This document shows positions 1 through 9,308 of a DNA stretch of 64,000 bases, piece by piece. Position 1 is the first letter of the stretch. Each line of letters starts with the position of its first letter. The DNA comes from Candidatus Daviesbacteria bacterium (GTDB lineage: Bacteria > Patescibacteriota > Microgenomatia > Daviesbacterales > UBA10151), in NCBI GenBank assembly GCA_016187025.1, contig JACPKM010000001.1:171188-235187 (forward strand), in the 5' to 3' direction. The position numbers and the translations under genes are program-made. The notes under the pieces were generated by a model. It did no database searches. It was not told the origin of the DNA and was given only the letters and a program-made list of their open reading frames with translations.

Positions 1-30
1 TATTTCACTGCATGCATACTATGATTAAGT

Positions 31-438
31 ATGAGAAGAATAGCTTCTTTTGTAACCACACTTTTATCTTACCTTTCCTTTCCTACAATCATCTTGGCGC
101 AACGGACCCCTACCCGTATAGAAATTAATCCTCCTCCGGTAGGATATTCCGACTTAGGAGTCTTTATAAGAAATGTATTATTTTTGATATTTGGCGTAGC
201 TGCATTAGCTGTTTTGGTAATGCTTATTTGGGGGGCATTTGAGTGGATAACATCAGGCGGAGACAAAGATGCAGTTGGTAAGGCAAGGGGTAAAATCCTC
301 AATGCCTTAATTGGACTGGCAGTGCTGGCGGTTGCCTTTGCTATTGCTTCTTTGGCAGCTCAATTTACAGGCATAAATCTGTTTGAAATTATTATCCCAA
401 CCCCTCAGAATCCTGCACCAATTGCGCCCCGGCCATAG
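31..438 (+). CDS. VirB2/TrbC-like T4SS pilin candidate (signal peptide plus two hydrophobic helices)
   Basis: N-terminal signal-like segment. Two long hydrophobic helices separated by a short charged loop (WGAFEWITSGGDKDAVGKARGK). It is the first gene of the T4SS-like locus. Topology matches T4SS pilins; I have no motif-level proof. Confidence 0.35.
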   Translation: MRRIASFVTTLLSYLSFPTIILAQRTPTRIEINPPPVGYSDLGVFIRNVLFLIFGVAALAVLVMLIWGAFEWITSGGDKDAVGKARGKILNALIGLAVLAVAFAIASLAAQFTGINLFEIIIPTPQNPAPIAPRP

Positions 439-447
439 TATTGTTAT

Positions 448-741
448 ATGGAACCACCTGCTGGTTTAAACCAACTTGAGCTTATTTTTGGAAGAATTGT
501 CTCTTTTTCCGTTGCTTTAACATTTATTGCATTATTTGTCATGCTGGTGTGGGGAGGATTAAAATATATTACCTCAGGGGGTGAACAGAAAGCAGTGCAA
601 GCTGCCCACCAAACTATAACCTGGGCTCTTTTGGGTGTATTATTTGTAATAATAGCCTGGTTGGTTTTGCTTACAATTGCTTCCCTGACTGGGATTAGTG
701 CATTAAAAGTATTTGACCCTAAAGTGCTTTTAAACCCTTAA
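448..741 (+). CDS. Second VirB2/TrbC-like pilin paralog
   Basis: Tandem paralog of 31..438 with the same two-helix topology. It conserves the loop motif W-G-x-x-x-x-I-T-S-G-G-(D/E)-x-K-A-V. Confidence 0.35.
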   Translation: MEPPAGLNQLELIFGRIVSFSVALTFIALFVMLVWGGLKYITSGGEQKAVQAAHQTITWALLGVLFVIIAWLVLLTIASLTGISALKVFDPKVLLNP

Positions 742-782
742 GCCTGTTGCAAAAAGCAGTTGAATTGTTTTACCCTTAATAT

Positions 783-2498
783 ATGTCTGCCCTATTTCAA
801 AATAGTATTAAGGTTCTAATTAGTCTGATACTTATAGCATTATTCACGCCATCTGCTTTTGCCCAAACAAACTCAGTGGAGGCAACAACAAGCGCGGCTA
901 CCGCGCAAACCGCCTATATTCATCCTCTATCTCCGCAATATGCCAATCTAACAGTTATCAACTTAATTCATACCTTAAGCTGCTTTGCAGAAGGAGCTTC
1001 TATTATCGGTCAGCCATGTTTAGAAGTAATTCCCTCCTATAATCTATACGGGTTACAACCATCTTCCACATCCAGAGGAACCGTGGGTGCAATTGCCAGT
1101 TTTTTAACCGCCCTTTATTCAACTCCGCCTACACAGACAAGCGTATACTTGGCAGAGCTGGGAAAAGAGCTTTCTATAATCCCCGAGGCAAAAGCACAGG
1201 TATCCGGAAGCGGCGATGCAATACTCACTCCAGTTAAACAAATTTGGTCAGTTGCGAGAAATTTGGCCTATATAGTTATGATTTTTGTATTTATTGTAAT
1301 TGGCTTTATGATTATGTTCAGGCAAAAAATTAACCCACAAACTGTTATATCTGCTCAGGCAGCCTTACCCTCTTTAGTTGTTGGATTGATACTAATTACA
1401 TTTAGCTACTTCATATCTTCTCTTCTTCTTGATGCAACTTTTTTAACTACCCGTATCTCAGCAAACTTAGTTGAAGGGTCAATACTCAAACCAGGCTCAA
1501 GTGAAAATATGCTCAAAAATGGCAGTCTTTTTGAAATCTTTAATGAGTTTATGCAAATAAAATGGCCATCTGAGGTTATAGACACAACCATACAAACCCT
1601 GAGCTCTCTTCAAAGCGACAAGGGAGGGATAGGTGAGATAATCGAAAATGCTTCGGGTCTGGGAGGGTGTTTAGTAGGAATTCAACTTGCCCCCAAGTGG
1701 GATATGGATATAAAACCTTTTGGTATAGGATTCAAAATACCAATCGGAGATCTTTTAGCCAAAGGCGGAAGCTGTCTTGCAGGAGGTGGTTTAGCAAAAC
1801 TCCTTTATAATGTACCGGGGCTCACAGGTACTTTAACAGGGTTGATTTTGTATGTTGTTTTAATTATCGCTTTACTGATTGCTTTATTCAGGTTGCTTTT
1901 TGCCTTAATTACCTCTTATATAACAATCATGATCTTTACTATTTTGTCCCCTTTTTATTTTCTTTTTGCCAGTATTCCCGGAAGGCAGGGGGCCAGCAGC
2001 ACTTGGTTTAAGACCATGGTTGCCAATTTACTGGCTTTTCCTGCCGTATTGGCTGCTTTAATTTTTGCCTCTTATATTTTGGGTATTAACACAGGGGTAA
2101 TTCAAACAATAAATGGTCCGATAGATTTTTCCACCGGCACTGTACCTTTGCTGGGAGGTTTAAATACTTCCTTTTTGCGTATTGTGCTAGCATATGGAGT
2201 CTTATTACTTACTCCAGCTATCCCAGATCTGGTCAAAGAATCCCTGGGAGTAAAGGGGTTTGCAGGATTCCAAACAACTATAGCCGGGTTTACAGCTGGA
2301 TTTGGGGTTGCCAGAGGGGGAGTCAACAAGACAATAGCTCCAATCCAACAAGAGCGGCAGACCTTTAGGGAACAACTCTGGAGAGCAAGGTATGGAGCCA
2401 CAACAGAAGAGGCATTGAGAGGTAAGGCTCCTTGGTATATTACAATGGGCAATATCCCGGGGAGAGCAGCTGAGAAGAAGGAATCATCTAAGCCATAA
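783..2498 (+). CDS. VirB6/TrbL-like polytopic membrane protein
   Basis: Signal peptide, then a ~170-aa extracytoplasmic region and 5-6 TM helices (LILYVVLIIALLIALFRLLFALITSYITIMIFTILSPFYFLF). Position and architecture resemble VirB6/TcpH/ConG family channel proteins. Confidence 0.45.
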   Translation: MSALFQNSIKVLISLILIALFTPSAFAQTNSVEATTSAATAQTAYIHPLSPQYANLTVINLIHTLSCFAEGASIIGQPCLEVIPSYNLYGLQPSSTSRGTVGAIASFLTALYSTPPTQTSVYLAELGKELSIIPEAKAQVSGSGDAILTPVKQIWSVARNLAYIVMIFVFIVIGFMIMFRQKINPQTVISAQAALPSLVVGLILITFSYFISSLLLDATFLTTRISANLVEGSILKPGSSENMLKNGSLFEIFNEFMQIKWPSEVIDTTIQTLSSLQSDKGGIGEIIENASGLGGCLVGIQLAPKWDMDIKPFGIGFKIPIGDLLAKGGSCLAGGGLAKLLYNVPGLTGTLTGLILYVVLIIALLIALFRLLFALITSYITIMIFTILSPFYFLFASIPGRQGASSTWFKTMVANLLAFPAVLAALIFASYILGINTGVIQTINGPIDFSTGTVPLLGGLNTSFLRIVLAYGVLLLTPAIPDLVKESLGVKGFAGFQTTIAGFTAGFGVARGGVNKTIAPIQQERQTFREQLWRARYGATTEEALRGKAPWYITMGNIPGRAAEKKESSKP

Positions 2499-2510
2499 AT
2501 AAATCAGGAG

Positions 2511-5150
2511 TTATTTTGCAAAAATACCCTTAAAAATATTTTTAAGGATATCCCATAAGCCTTCGTGGGGTTTTAACTTATTCAAGAAAATTTTGAACTC
2601 AGCCCACCAAATTGGTACCCCTATAATATTCCTTTCTAACTCGTTATACTTACCCTCCGACATCCCATTTTTGCGGAGTTTGTTAAGCATTTTTTTGATA
2701 TCCTGGTCATCAGGCGGATAGTCAAAACCTATCCCCTCTTTATCTTTATGATAATCATAAACTCTTATTTTCATTACTGCTTCTGCTAAATTATCCATAA
2801 AATTTTTCATCTCCCCTTCACCCCAGTTTGGCTCAGCCATAAACTGCCTTGCTTTTTCTCCGGTTTCACTAAAATTTTTACCGATATTTTCTGCATCCTC
2901 ATATGTGCTTGCACTATTTAGCCATCTGGGCCCTGTTTTAGTAAAAAGCGGTAACAGCTCATCCGCCCCTGCCCATTTTTTGGACATGGCCTTAATCTTG
3001 ACAAAACTACTTGACCAATTTCTGACTGTTTCAGATGCAGAAACATAACCCAAGCCCGTGGTGATGGCTAAAGTCTTAAAATATGTCAGCGGTCTCATCC
3101 TGTGCGCATATTTACCTGGATTGGCCTCACCTGTTTTAGCTAAATCCATTGGCTTATTATGCACTTTGCCCAGCTCTCTTGCCCTCCTGCCGCTGATTGA
3201 AGCCTCGGGACTTAAATAAGGAAATAGCTGGATATAAACATGGCTAAGCTCATTACCCCAGGTTTCTGATACACGATAAGCCTGATTGCTTTGTACATCT
3301 TCTAATACTCTTTTAACCATCTTTCCATATTCACCATATTTATCTGGGTCACCAGCCATCTCATTAACCATCTTTGCCGCAATCCTTAAGTTAATCCTTA
3401 CCTTTACTCCTGTACCCAACTCACCATCAGGATAATCTTTAAATCCCTTGCGATATTTAGGCCTGGTAACCGGATCGTCCCACTCCAAAATAGGATTAAG
3501 CACTACTGGTCCCCCCCTGACATTTCTGGCGCGAAAGGCCGGATCATCAGCCATTCCGGCTAAATTATTATTGAAGTTTTCAACCTCCTGATACCAATCC
3601 ACACCTCTCTCTTCCTCCCTCGTTGGTTTATAATCCTGCTTCTTTCCAGTTATTTCTATAGCAGGAGGGGGTTTCTGCGTGTATCTTTCAGGAAGCGGTG
3701 CCTTTTTCCATACATCAGGGTCATCAACCCACCTAATTCCATCATATTCCACAGAAACACCAAAGGCATGATGAAACGATTCTGCTAAGTGAAACGCCCT
3801 GGCAATATCATCAACCAGTTTGGCAAAGCGTTCTTGTTGCTCAGGAGAAAATGGCAGTGCGGCTCCCGCAGAATCTTTTAACCTGCCCCCGTATTTTTCG
3901 ATTACTTCCTTAACTATATCCTCCCCTGTTTTTTGTCTTTCGTATTTGTCATTTTGTTCCAGATGATTAATAGCTATTTTCAATAATTCATCATAATCCT
4001 TCTTTCTAAATTCGCTATCTGATTTAAAATTAGCCAGACCTAAACCATCCTCAACTTTCCGGGCTTCATCAATCAGTTTAAATTTATGCCTGATGACCCA
4101 GCCTCTTTCTGCCTTATCATCCCCGCTTTTTAAATCTTTATCTACATCAAGATCCTCTTTTAAAAGGGGCGAGTAAAATTCTGCGTCAGATGGATATTTT
4201 CTGTCTTTAGGCTTTCTATAATAAGCTCCGTCTTCCCGGTCTTCAGACCCCAGATCGGCTTGTTCTAATATACCGGCAGCTTTTTCAACCCCTGCTAGTT
4301 CCAGTATTGACAACAAGTGTCTTTGATAAAAATTGGTGATATTTTTTGTATATTCGGCTCCGCTTATAAACTTGGCAATGAAATTGATAATATGCAGATT
4401 CAACCTACCTTCTATCACGGTAGTCATTTCAGCGCGGAAGTGCTCATTTTCAGCAAAAAGTGAATTCATTATTCCATATAACTCTTTGACAGCATCGGCG
4501 CCCTGAGGAGAAGCAGTATCCCTTTCCATTACCCGGACCACTTGCTCAACATAAATACGCACCCTCGTATAATCAGGATCAAGATCCTTCTCGTCTGCTG
4601 CTTTTAAATCATCTACCTTGCTGTATGTACCTAAGTGGCTTCTTCTTTCTAAAACCTGGGCTATCTCTTCGGGGGATAAACCCAAAAGTTGCAGCCTTAA
4701 CTGCTGAACCGCAGAATCTCTCTCTATAGCTTCCGGGTCTATACCTCTGGCAGCATAAGCGTCATAAATAGCTTGCAAACTCTTCGCTGCCCCCTCTCTG
4801 GTAAGACGCTGCTTCTCTGTAAGCCCCATGACCCGCCGGTACTTCTCCCACCATTCTGTTTCTTGTTCAGGTTTAGCCCGGTCTAACGCTGCCATTTCTT
4901 CTCTTTCTCTTTTAAGCTCCTCATATTTCCTTCTTCTTTCCTCATCATCACCTGCCCCCCCGCCTGCTTTGGGATAAAATTTACCATCGGGGGTTCTATA
5001 CCCGGGTATGCCATTTACCGTCGCTTCTTCAAATTCAATATCTTCTTTAACAGGTTTTTGGCGGCTAAAGACTTCTGAGGACATTAAAGGTTCTGCCTGT
5101 TTAGGTTCAGGCTGAGGAGGCGGGCCTCCTCTTTCTGCTGCTTCTGCCAT
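2511..5150 (-). CDS. Large (879 aa) hydrophilic, highly charged hypothetical protein with no TM or recognisable domain
   Basis: Long uninterrupted ORF. GC is higher and Arg/Glu/Asp/Pro content greater than in flanking genes. It is the last gene of a minus-strand trio embedded in the T4SS-like locus. Confidence 0.5.
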   Translation of the reverse strand: MAEAAERGGPPPQPEPKQAEPLMSSEVFSRQKPVKEDIEFEEATVNGIPGYRTPDGKFYPKAGGGAGDDEERRRKYEELKREREEMAALDRAKPEQETEWWEKYRRVMGLTEKQRLTREGAAKSLQAIYDAYAARGIDPEAIERDSAVQQLRLQLLGLSPEEIAQVLERRSHLGTYSKVDDLKAADEKDLDPDYTRVRIYVEQVVRVMERDTASPQGADAVKELYGIMNSLFAENEHFRAEMTTVIEGRLNLHIINFIAKFISGAEYTKNITNFYQRHLLSILELAGVEKAAGILEQADLGSEDREDGAYYRKPKDRKYPSDAEFYSPLLKEDLDVDKDLKSGDDKAERGWVIRHKFKLIDEARKVEDGLGLANFKSDSEFRKKDYDELLKIAINHLEQNDKYERQKTGEDIVKEVIEKYGGRLKDSAGAALPFSPEQQERFAKLVDDIARAFHLAESFHHAFGVSVEYDGIRWVDDPDVWKKAPLPERYTQKPPPAIEITGKKQDYKPTREEERGVDWYQEVENFNNNLAGMADDPAFRARNVRGGPVVLNPILEWDDPVTRPKYRKGFKDYPDGELGTGVKVRINLRIAAKMVNEMAGDPDKYGEYGKMVKRVLEDVQSNQAYRVSETWGNELSHVYIQLFPYLSPEASISGRRARELGKVHNKPMDLAKTGEANPGKYAHRMRPLTYFKTLAITTGLGYVSASETVRNWSSSFVKIKAMSKKWAGADELLPLFTKTGPRWLNSASTYEDAENIGKNFSETGEKARQFMAEPNWGEGEMKNFMDNLAEAVMKIRVYDYHKDKEGIGFDYPPDDQDIKKMLNKLRKNGMSEGKYNELERNIIGVPIWWAEFKIFLNKLKPHEGLWDILKNIFKGIFAK

Positions 5151-5194
5151 ATGAGTTATATTTTACTCTTTTGAAGAGTTACTAAGCAAATTTT

Positions 5195-6424
5195 TTAGGC
5201 AGGTTGCGCTTCCCCGCATGCCTTACAAAAGTTACACAAAACATAAGTTAGCTGTCCGCAACCCACACACCTACCTGTTTCCCATCCTTCTGAATTTCCT
5301 GTCATCCCCATTCTTAATCCTCCAATGGTGGTTACTGAGGTAATTCCCACACCTTTGCCAACTCCAAAACAACCCCTAAATGTTTGCATATATCCTAAAG
5401 CTTTATCCCTGTCCAGGTTTGTTAAACGCCCATCTGCTGATCCAAAGCTTTCCCCTTTTGAATAAAGAATTATTTTTATCAAAGCTTCCTTCATCTGTTT
5501 TTCCAGCCATTTTTGGCCAACAATAGTTTGCAAAGCATCGGGGAATTTGGCAAAGAAATTAGTTAAATCACTTATATATTGATGAAGAAGAGCATTTTGC
5601 TCTTCTTGATCTTCCTTTTCCAAAGCTGCACAAACTTGAGCGTTTGTGCTGTTTTCCCCTTCAAACGGATCTTTTTTCATAGCAACAATTTCATCAACAA
5701 GCTCCCCAAACCCATAAGATTGGTCTTCAGTTGCTTCCAAATACAGACCGTTTCTAACTAAGTTGCTGGTAACAGTCTTTTTATCAACGCCTAAAAACGG
5801 AATTGGCTCGTACGGCTTATATTTATTTCTTAGTTTATAGAAAAGTTTCTGGCACTCAATAACTGATAAATTAGTCCTGACAACCACAGATTTTAAACCT
5901 GTGGCATCTTTTTTGAAAAAGTAAAAGTAAGAATCCGGGTAGTCGATCTCTTTGTCTTGCGGATCTTTGATGTTTGAACACCCCTCTGGACTCCACAGCA
6001 TTGAAACAGAGCCAACAGGCGCTTTGTCCAAAAACCTCTCATTTTCCTCCCACACATCACAGACTGCCCCTTCGCGCTCATTAGGATCAATTTGTTCCAA
6101 AACCCTTCTGCCTGATTTATCAACTATATGCCCCTTTTCATTGATTCTGTAATTAATTGGTATCACTGCCTCACATCTGACATACTCCTTGATCCAAGAC
6201 TCAATATTTTCCCTATGCCCAATTACGGCATTTTCTTGGCCAACTATCTCAAGTTGTTTTGCCAGTGCGCCAACTTCATGTGCGGCATTAAAACCGACAA
6301 TAGGAATATTTAACACATTTAAGGAGAGCTCTTGATATGTCCTTAAAGGGGCTCTAGGTAGCCTATTCCGACCAATATCAAGGGGGGTGATAGCTTTTCC
6401 TGCTAATGCTTCTTTTGTTGACAT
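5195..6424 (-). CDS. Hypothetical protein with C-terminal CxxC...CxxC zinc ribbon
   Basis: 409-aa ORF ending in GRCVGCGQLTYVLCNFCKACG. It sits upstream of, and on the same strand as, the 879-aa ORF with a 44-nt gap. No known catalytic motifs recognised. Confidence 0.5.
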   Translation of the reverse strand: MSTKEALAGKAITPLDIGRNRLPRAPLRTYQELSLNVLNIPIVGFNAAHEVGALAKQLEIVGQENAVIGHRENIESWIKEYVRCEAVIPINYRINEKGHIVDKSGRRVLEQIDPNEREGAVCDVWEENERFLDKAPVGSVSMLWSPEGCSNIKDPQDKEIDYPDSYFYFFKKDATGLKSVVVRTNLSVIECQKLFYKLRNKYKPYEPIPFLGVDKKTVTSNLVRNGLYLEATEDQSYGFGELVDEIVAMKKDPFEGENSTNAQVCAALEKEDQEEQNALLHQYISDLTNFFAKFPDALQTIVGQKWLEKQMKEALIKIILYSKGESFGSADGRLTNLDRDKALGYMQTFRGCFGVGKGVGITSVTTIGGLRMGMTGNSEGWETGRCVGCGQLTYVLCNFCKACGEAQPA

Positions 6425-6509
6425 ATATCCTCTTTGCCCGAAGAGCTTTATCCAGAATCCAGGCAGTCCGGCTTTCGGAGCTTTAATTTATAACTTAAAC
6501 TTTCATTTG

Positions 6510-7355
6510 TCAATTGCGGTATGTAAAAGTATTTCGAATTGTTTCTGTAGGATGTTCATTCAGATTGGGCATTACATAACCAAAACCTGGAGAAGTTACT
6601 ATATAATGATATGGGGAGGTTGTATCTCCCAAGGCTACACGAACCCTATGCGCCGTCACTGGTAAAATATGTTCATTTTGGTAGCCTTCATGTGAGTAAG
6701 TATCACCCCATACTTTAGCCAATAAATCTTTTTTACTTACCGGCTCTCCTAAATTAGTTGCTAAAACAACTAATAATCTATATTCTGTAGGTGTCAAACG
6801 AACATGGCTTCCTCTTACATGAACACTCTGCTCTCTCAAGCTAATTGCCAACCCATCATTGTGTATAAACCTTGGTAACTGAGTGGTATCAGCACCTTTT
6901 AAATCAGGTAAGTGATCAAGCCAGCGAAACGCCCGGGTTAAGTTTATTAATAAATCCCCCCTATCCCTATAAGCTACCTCGTGATAATAAGGGTAATCTG
7001 CTCTGGTAAATGGTAAATCAGTATCACTACCCGCAAGCCTTGAGGCGATAACAGGACAACCCCTATCAAGCATCATCCCCATACTCACCCAAACATTACT
7101 ATCGGCAAACGAAATATCTCCTAAGGCAATATCCGCACCTTTGATGGCTTCCCTGTCAACCCTTCTACTGTCCCAATCGGTAACAGCTTGAGGATTTATT
7201 ATTTCAATATTTTCTCTTGAACCGGAAGCAGTTAATAAGGTTCTGCCAATCCTTTTGATTGCGGCATCATCCGTATGAGGAAGAAATAGATACGCAAATC
7301 TCTCCATAGCTTTAGTCAGGTGAGTAAATTTAACCAAAGCTGTAGTTTTTTTCAA
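6510..7355 (-). CDS. Atypical OmpR/PhoB-family winged-helix transcriptional regulator (no receiver domain; N-terminal glycosyltransferase-like fragment)
   Basis: C-terminus LTPTEYRLLVVLATNLGEPVSKKDLLAKVWG...VTAHRVRVALGD...IVTSPGFGYVM matches the trans_reg_C wHTH consensus. The N-terminal ~180 aa lacks the receiver D-D-K motifs. It contains GCPVIASRLAGSDTDLP, which resembles the GT1/GT4 C-terminal sugar-donor region. Confidence 0.6.
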   Translation of the reverse strand: MKKTTALVKFTHLTKAMERFAYLFLPHTDDAAIKRIGRTLLTASGSRENIEIINPQAVTDWDSRRVDREAIKGADIALGDISFADSNVWVSMGMMLDRGCPVIASRLAGSDTDLPFTRADYPYYHEVAYRDRGDLLINLTRAFRWLDHLPDLKGADTTQLPRFIHNDGLAISLREQSVHVRGSHVRLTPTEYRLLVVLATNLGEPVSKKDLLAKVWGDTYSHEGYQNEHILPVTAHRVRVALGDTTSPYHYIVTSPGFGYVMPNLNEHPTETIRNTFTYRN

Positions 7356-7494
7356 GAAGGAGTTTAAGGCGAAATGTATATACTAAACTATCTAATTTGT
7401 TACTAAAATGGTTTAATTTGCCCTTAAATGACCTACTTTGTATATCTAGACACTAAAATTTTCACGTTATAGGATCTAAAGGATAAACCTGCCG

Positions 7495-8553
7495 ATGGAA
7501 CCGCATCCAATACCACAAAATATTACCTCCTTTCAATTTAAGTTGATTGGGGATATGACTTTAAAGCAATTTATCTACCTTGCTACTGGGGTGGGAATAG
7601 CTTATTTAACATTTATTTTTTTAGGAGCAAGTATACCCATAATTGCCTGGCCGGTTATTATTTCCAGTTCTCTACTTGGAGTTGCATTTGCTTTTTTACC
7701 TGTTGGTTATAGGTCTTTGGACCACTGGATGATTGCTTTTATGAAAGCAGTTTATTCTCCAACTAAAAGAGGTTGGAAGAAAAGCGGAAAAGATTATAAA
7801 AACGAGCCTCTTTTTAATAGCAGACTGTCTATGTTTTTGCAGGTCACCTCTACTGCTGCTGTCAGTCAGACAACCACTCAGGTACCGCTTGCTCAACCAA
7901 GTATTAACCAGGAAGAAAAACCTGCAAAACCACAACAAGATGTTTTACCTTCTTCAGAAGAGTTACAAAAAACAGTTGAACTGGCCAAACAAGCACAGGA
8001 TCTGCAAAATCAGATTGTAGAAAATGAAAGGAAACTTACCCAAATTAAAGTAGCAGCCAGCAAACCTAGCCCAATTCCGGTTGACTATTCACAAGAAATC
8101 AAAACCATCCTCGAAAACCTTAATAAACTGTTAGAAAAAGCATCGGCAATAAAGAACCAGTTATCCCAGTTGGAACATCAAGAACAGCACAATATGAAAA
8201 ATATTCTGGTTGGGACAACTCCAGTAAGGATTGTCGCTCCATCAAAACCAAAACAAACTCCACTCACTCTGACAAGTTCAGCAAATGTTATTAATGGAAT
8301 TGTTAAAGATGCGGAAAACAACTACCTAGAGGGAGTGGTGGTGGTTGTCTACGATAAAGAGGGCTTGCCGGTAAGAGCCTTAAAAACAAATAAACTGGGG
8401 CAGTTTTCCAGCGCTACTCCCCTACCAAATGGAACTTATACAGTTGAGCTGGAAAAAGAAAACCTTTTCTTTGACGCCTTACAAATGGAGCTTGCTGGAG
8501 AAATACTTCCACCGCTTATGATAGCAGCAAAAAGAGGTGTAATTAACAGTTAA
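7495..8553 (+). CDS. PrgI/VirB3-like 2-TM protein extended by coiled-coil and C-terminal carboxypeptidase-regulatory-like beta-sandwich
   Basis: N-terminus FKLIGDMTLKQFIYLATGVGIAYL plus a second TM resembles the PrgI/TcpD/Orf17 (VirB3-like) family, which precedes VirB4 in Gram-positive T4SS. The middle is a Q/E/K-rich coiled coil. The C-terminus VINGIVKDAENNYLEGVVVVVYDKEGLPV...NGTYTVELEKENLFF is CarboxypepD_reg-like. Confidence 0.45.
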   Translation: MEPHPIPQNITSFQFKLIGDMTLKQFIYLATGVGIAYLTFIFLGASIPIIAWPVIISSSLLGVAFAFLPVGYRSLDHWMIAFMKAVYSPTKRGWKKSGKDYKNEPLFNSRLSMFLQVTSTAAVSQTTTQVPLAQPSINQEEKPAKPQQDVLPSSEELQKTVELAKQAQDLQNQIVENERKLTQIKVAASKPSPIPVDYSQEIKTILENLNKLLEKASAIKNQLSQLEHQEQHNMKNILVGTTPVRIVAPSKPKQTPLTLTSSANVINGIVKDAENNYLEGVVVVVYDKEGLPVRALKTNKLGQFSSATPLPNGTYTVELEKENLFFDALQMELAGEILPPLMIAAKRGVINS

Positions 8554-8554
8554 T

Positions 8555-9304
8555 ATGAATACAACACAGCAACACTTACCAATAAGAGATATTAAAGATG
8601 ATTTAGTGCTGCTAAAAGACGGAGGCTCGGCGCTGGTACTGCAAGTAGGCGCAGTTAATTTTGGATTACTCTCAGAAAGAGAGCAGATTGCAATTATTTC
8701 CTCTTTTGCCCAGATGCTAAACTCGCTGTCTTTTAGTATACAAATTCTTATTCATTCTGAAAGATTAAATCTTTCCTCTTATACCCAAAAATTAGAACAG
8801 GCACAGAAAATGCAAACTAATCCGTTACTGTCTAGTATGATAGGCCGGTATAAAACTTTTATACAAAAAATAGTAAAAGAAAATGATGTCCTGGATAAAA
8901 AATTTTATTTGGTAATACCAGCCTACAGCATAGAGTTGGGGATAGGGTTGTCAACTGAGGATATGTTTACAAAAGCCAAAACACTGCTTCTCCCCAGAAA
9001 AGATCAGATTATAAGACAACTTAGCAGGATTAGTCTGAGGTCAAACCAACTAAGCACCAGGGAGCTGGTTTTACTGTTTTATAACATCTATAACTATTCA
9101 CCAAATCAGCTAACTCTAACAAAACCAACCCAATCCCAAATTCAGGTAGACCAGGTACAGCTCAAAAACCCCCAACCTGCTCAGCCACCTGTACCTTCAC
9201 AAGTTGAACAAACGGTGTCAGTTATTACTCAACCAATCAGAGATACCTACACCAGCCCCAGCAAACGGGTGCCCTTTGTAGTTGAAGAGCTGACAGACAA
9301 TTGA
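8555..9304 (+). CDS. VirB4 N-terminal domain encoded as a separate ORF (split VirB4, N-part)
   Basis: IKDDLVLLKDGGSALVLQVGAVNFGLLSEREQIAIISSFAQMLNSLSFSIQILIHS resembles the extreme N-terminus of Gram-positive VirB4 proteins (PrgJ/TcpF/ConE-like). The ORF ends in TGA 4 nt before the ATPase ORF. The two lengths together give about 848 aa, typical for VirB4. Confidence 0.4.
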   Translation: MNTTQQHLPIRDIKDDLVLLKDGGSALVLQVGAVNFGLLSEREQIAIISSFAQMLNSLSFSIQILIHSERLNLSSYTQKLEQAQKMQTNPLLSSMIGRYKTFIQKIVKENDVLDKKFYLVIPAYSIELGIGLSTEDMFTKAKTLLLPRKDQIIRQLSRISLRSNQLSTRELVLLFYNIYNYSPNQLTLTKPTQSQIQVDQVQLKNPQPAQPPVPSQVEQTVSVITQPIRDTYTSPSKRVPFVVEELTDN

Positions 9305-9308
9305 GAGG

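Noticed and set aside
69-302. Antisense ORFs nested inside longer genes, for example 69..302, 1406..1591, 2102..2452, 5579..6313 (several), 7696..7938, 9740..10129, 14017..14868 and 59045..60286
   Set aside because: Each lies entirely within a longer ORF on the opposite strand that carries clear protein-family motifs or better coding character. They are typical shadow ORFs in AT-rich DNA.
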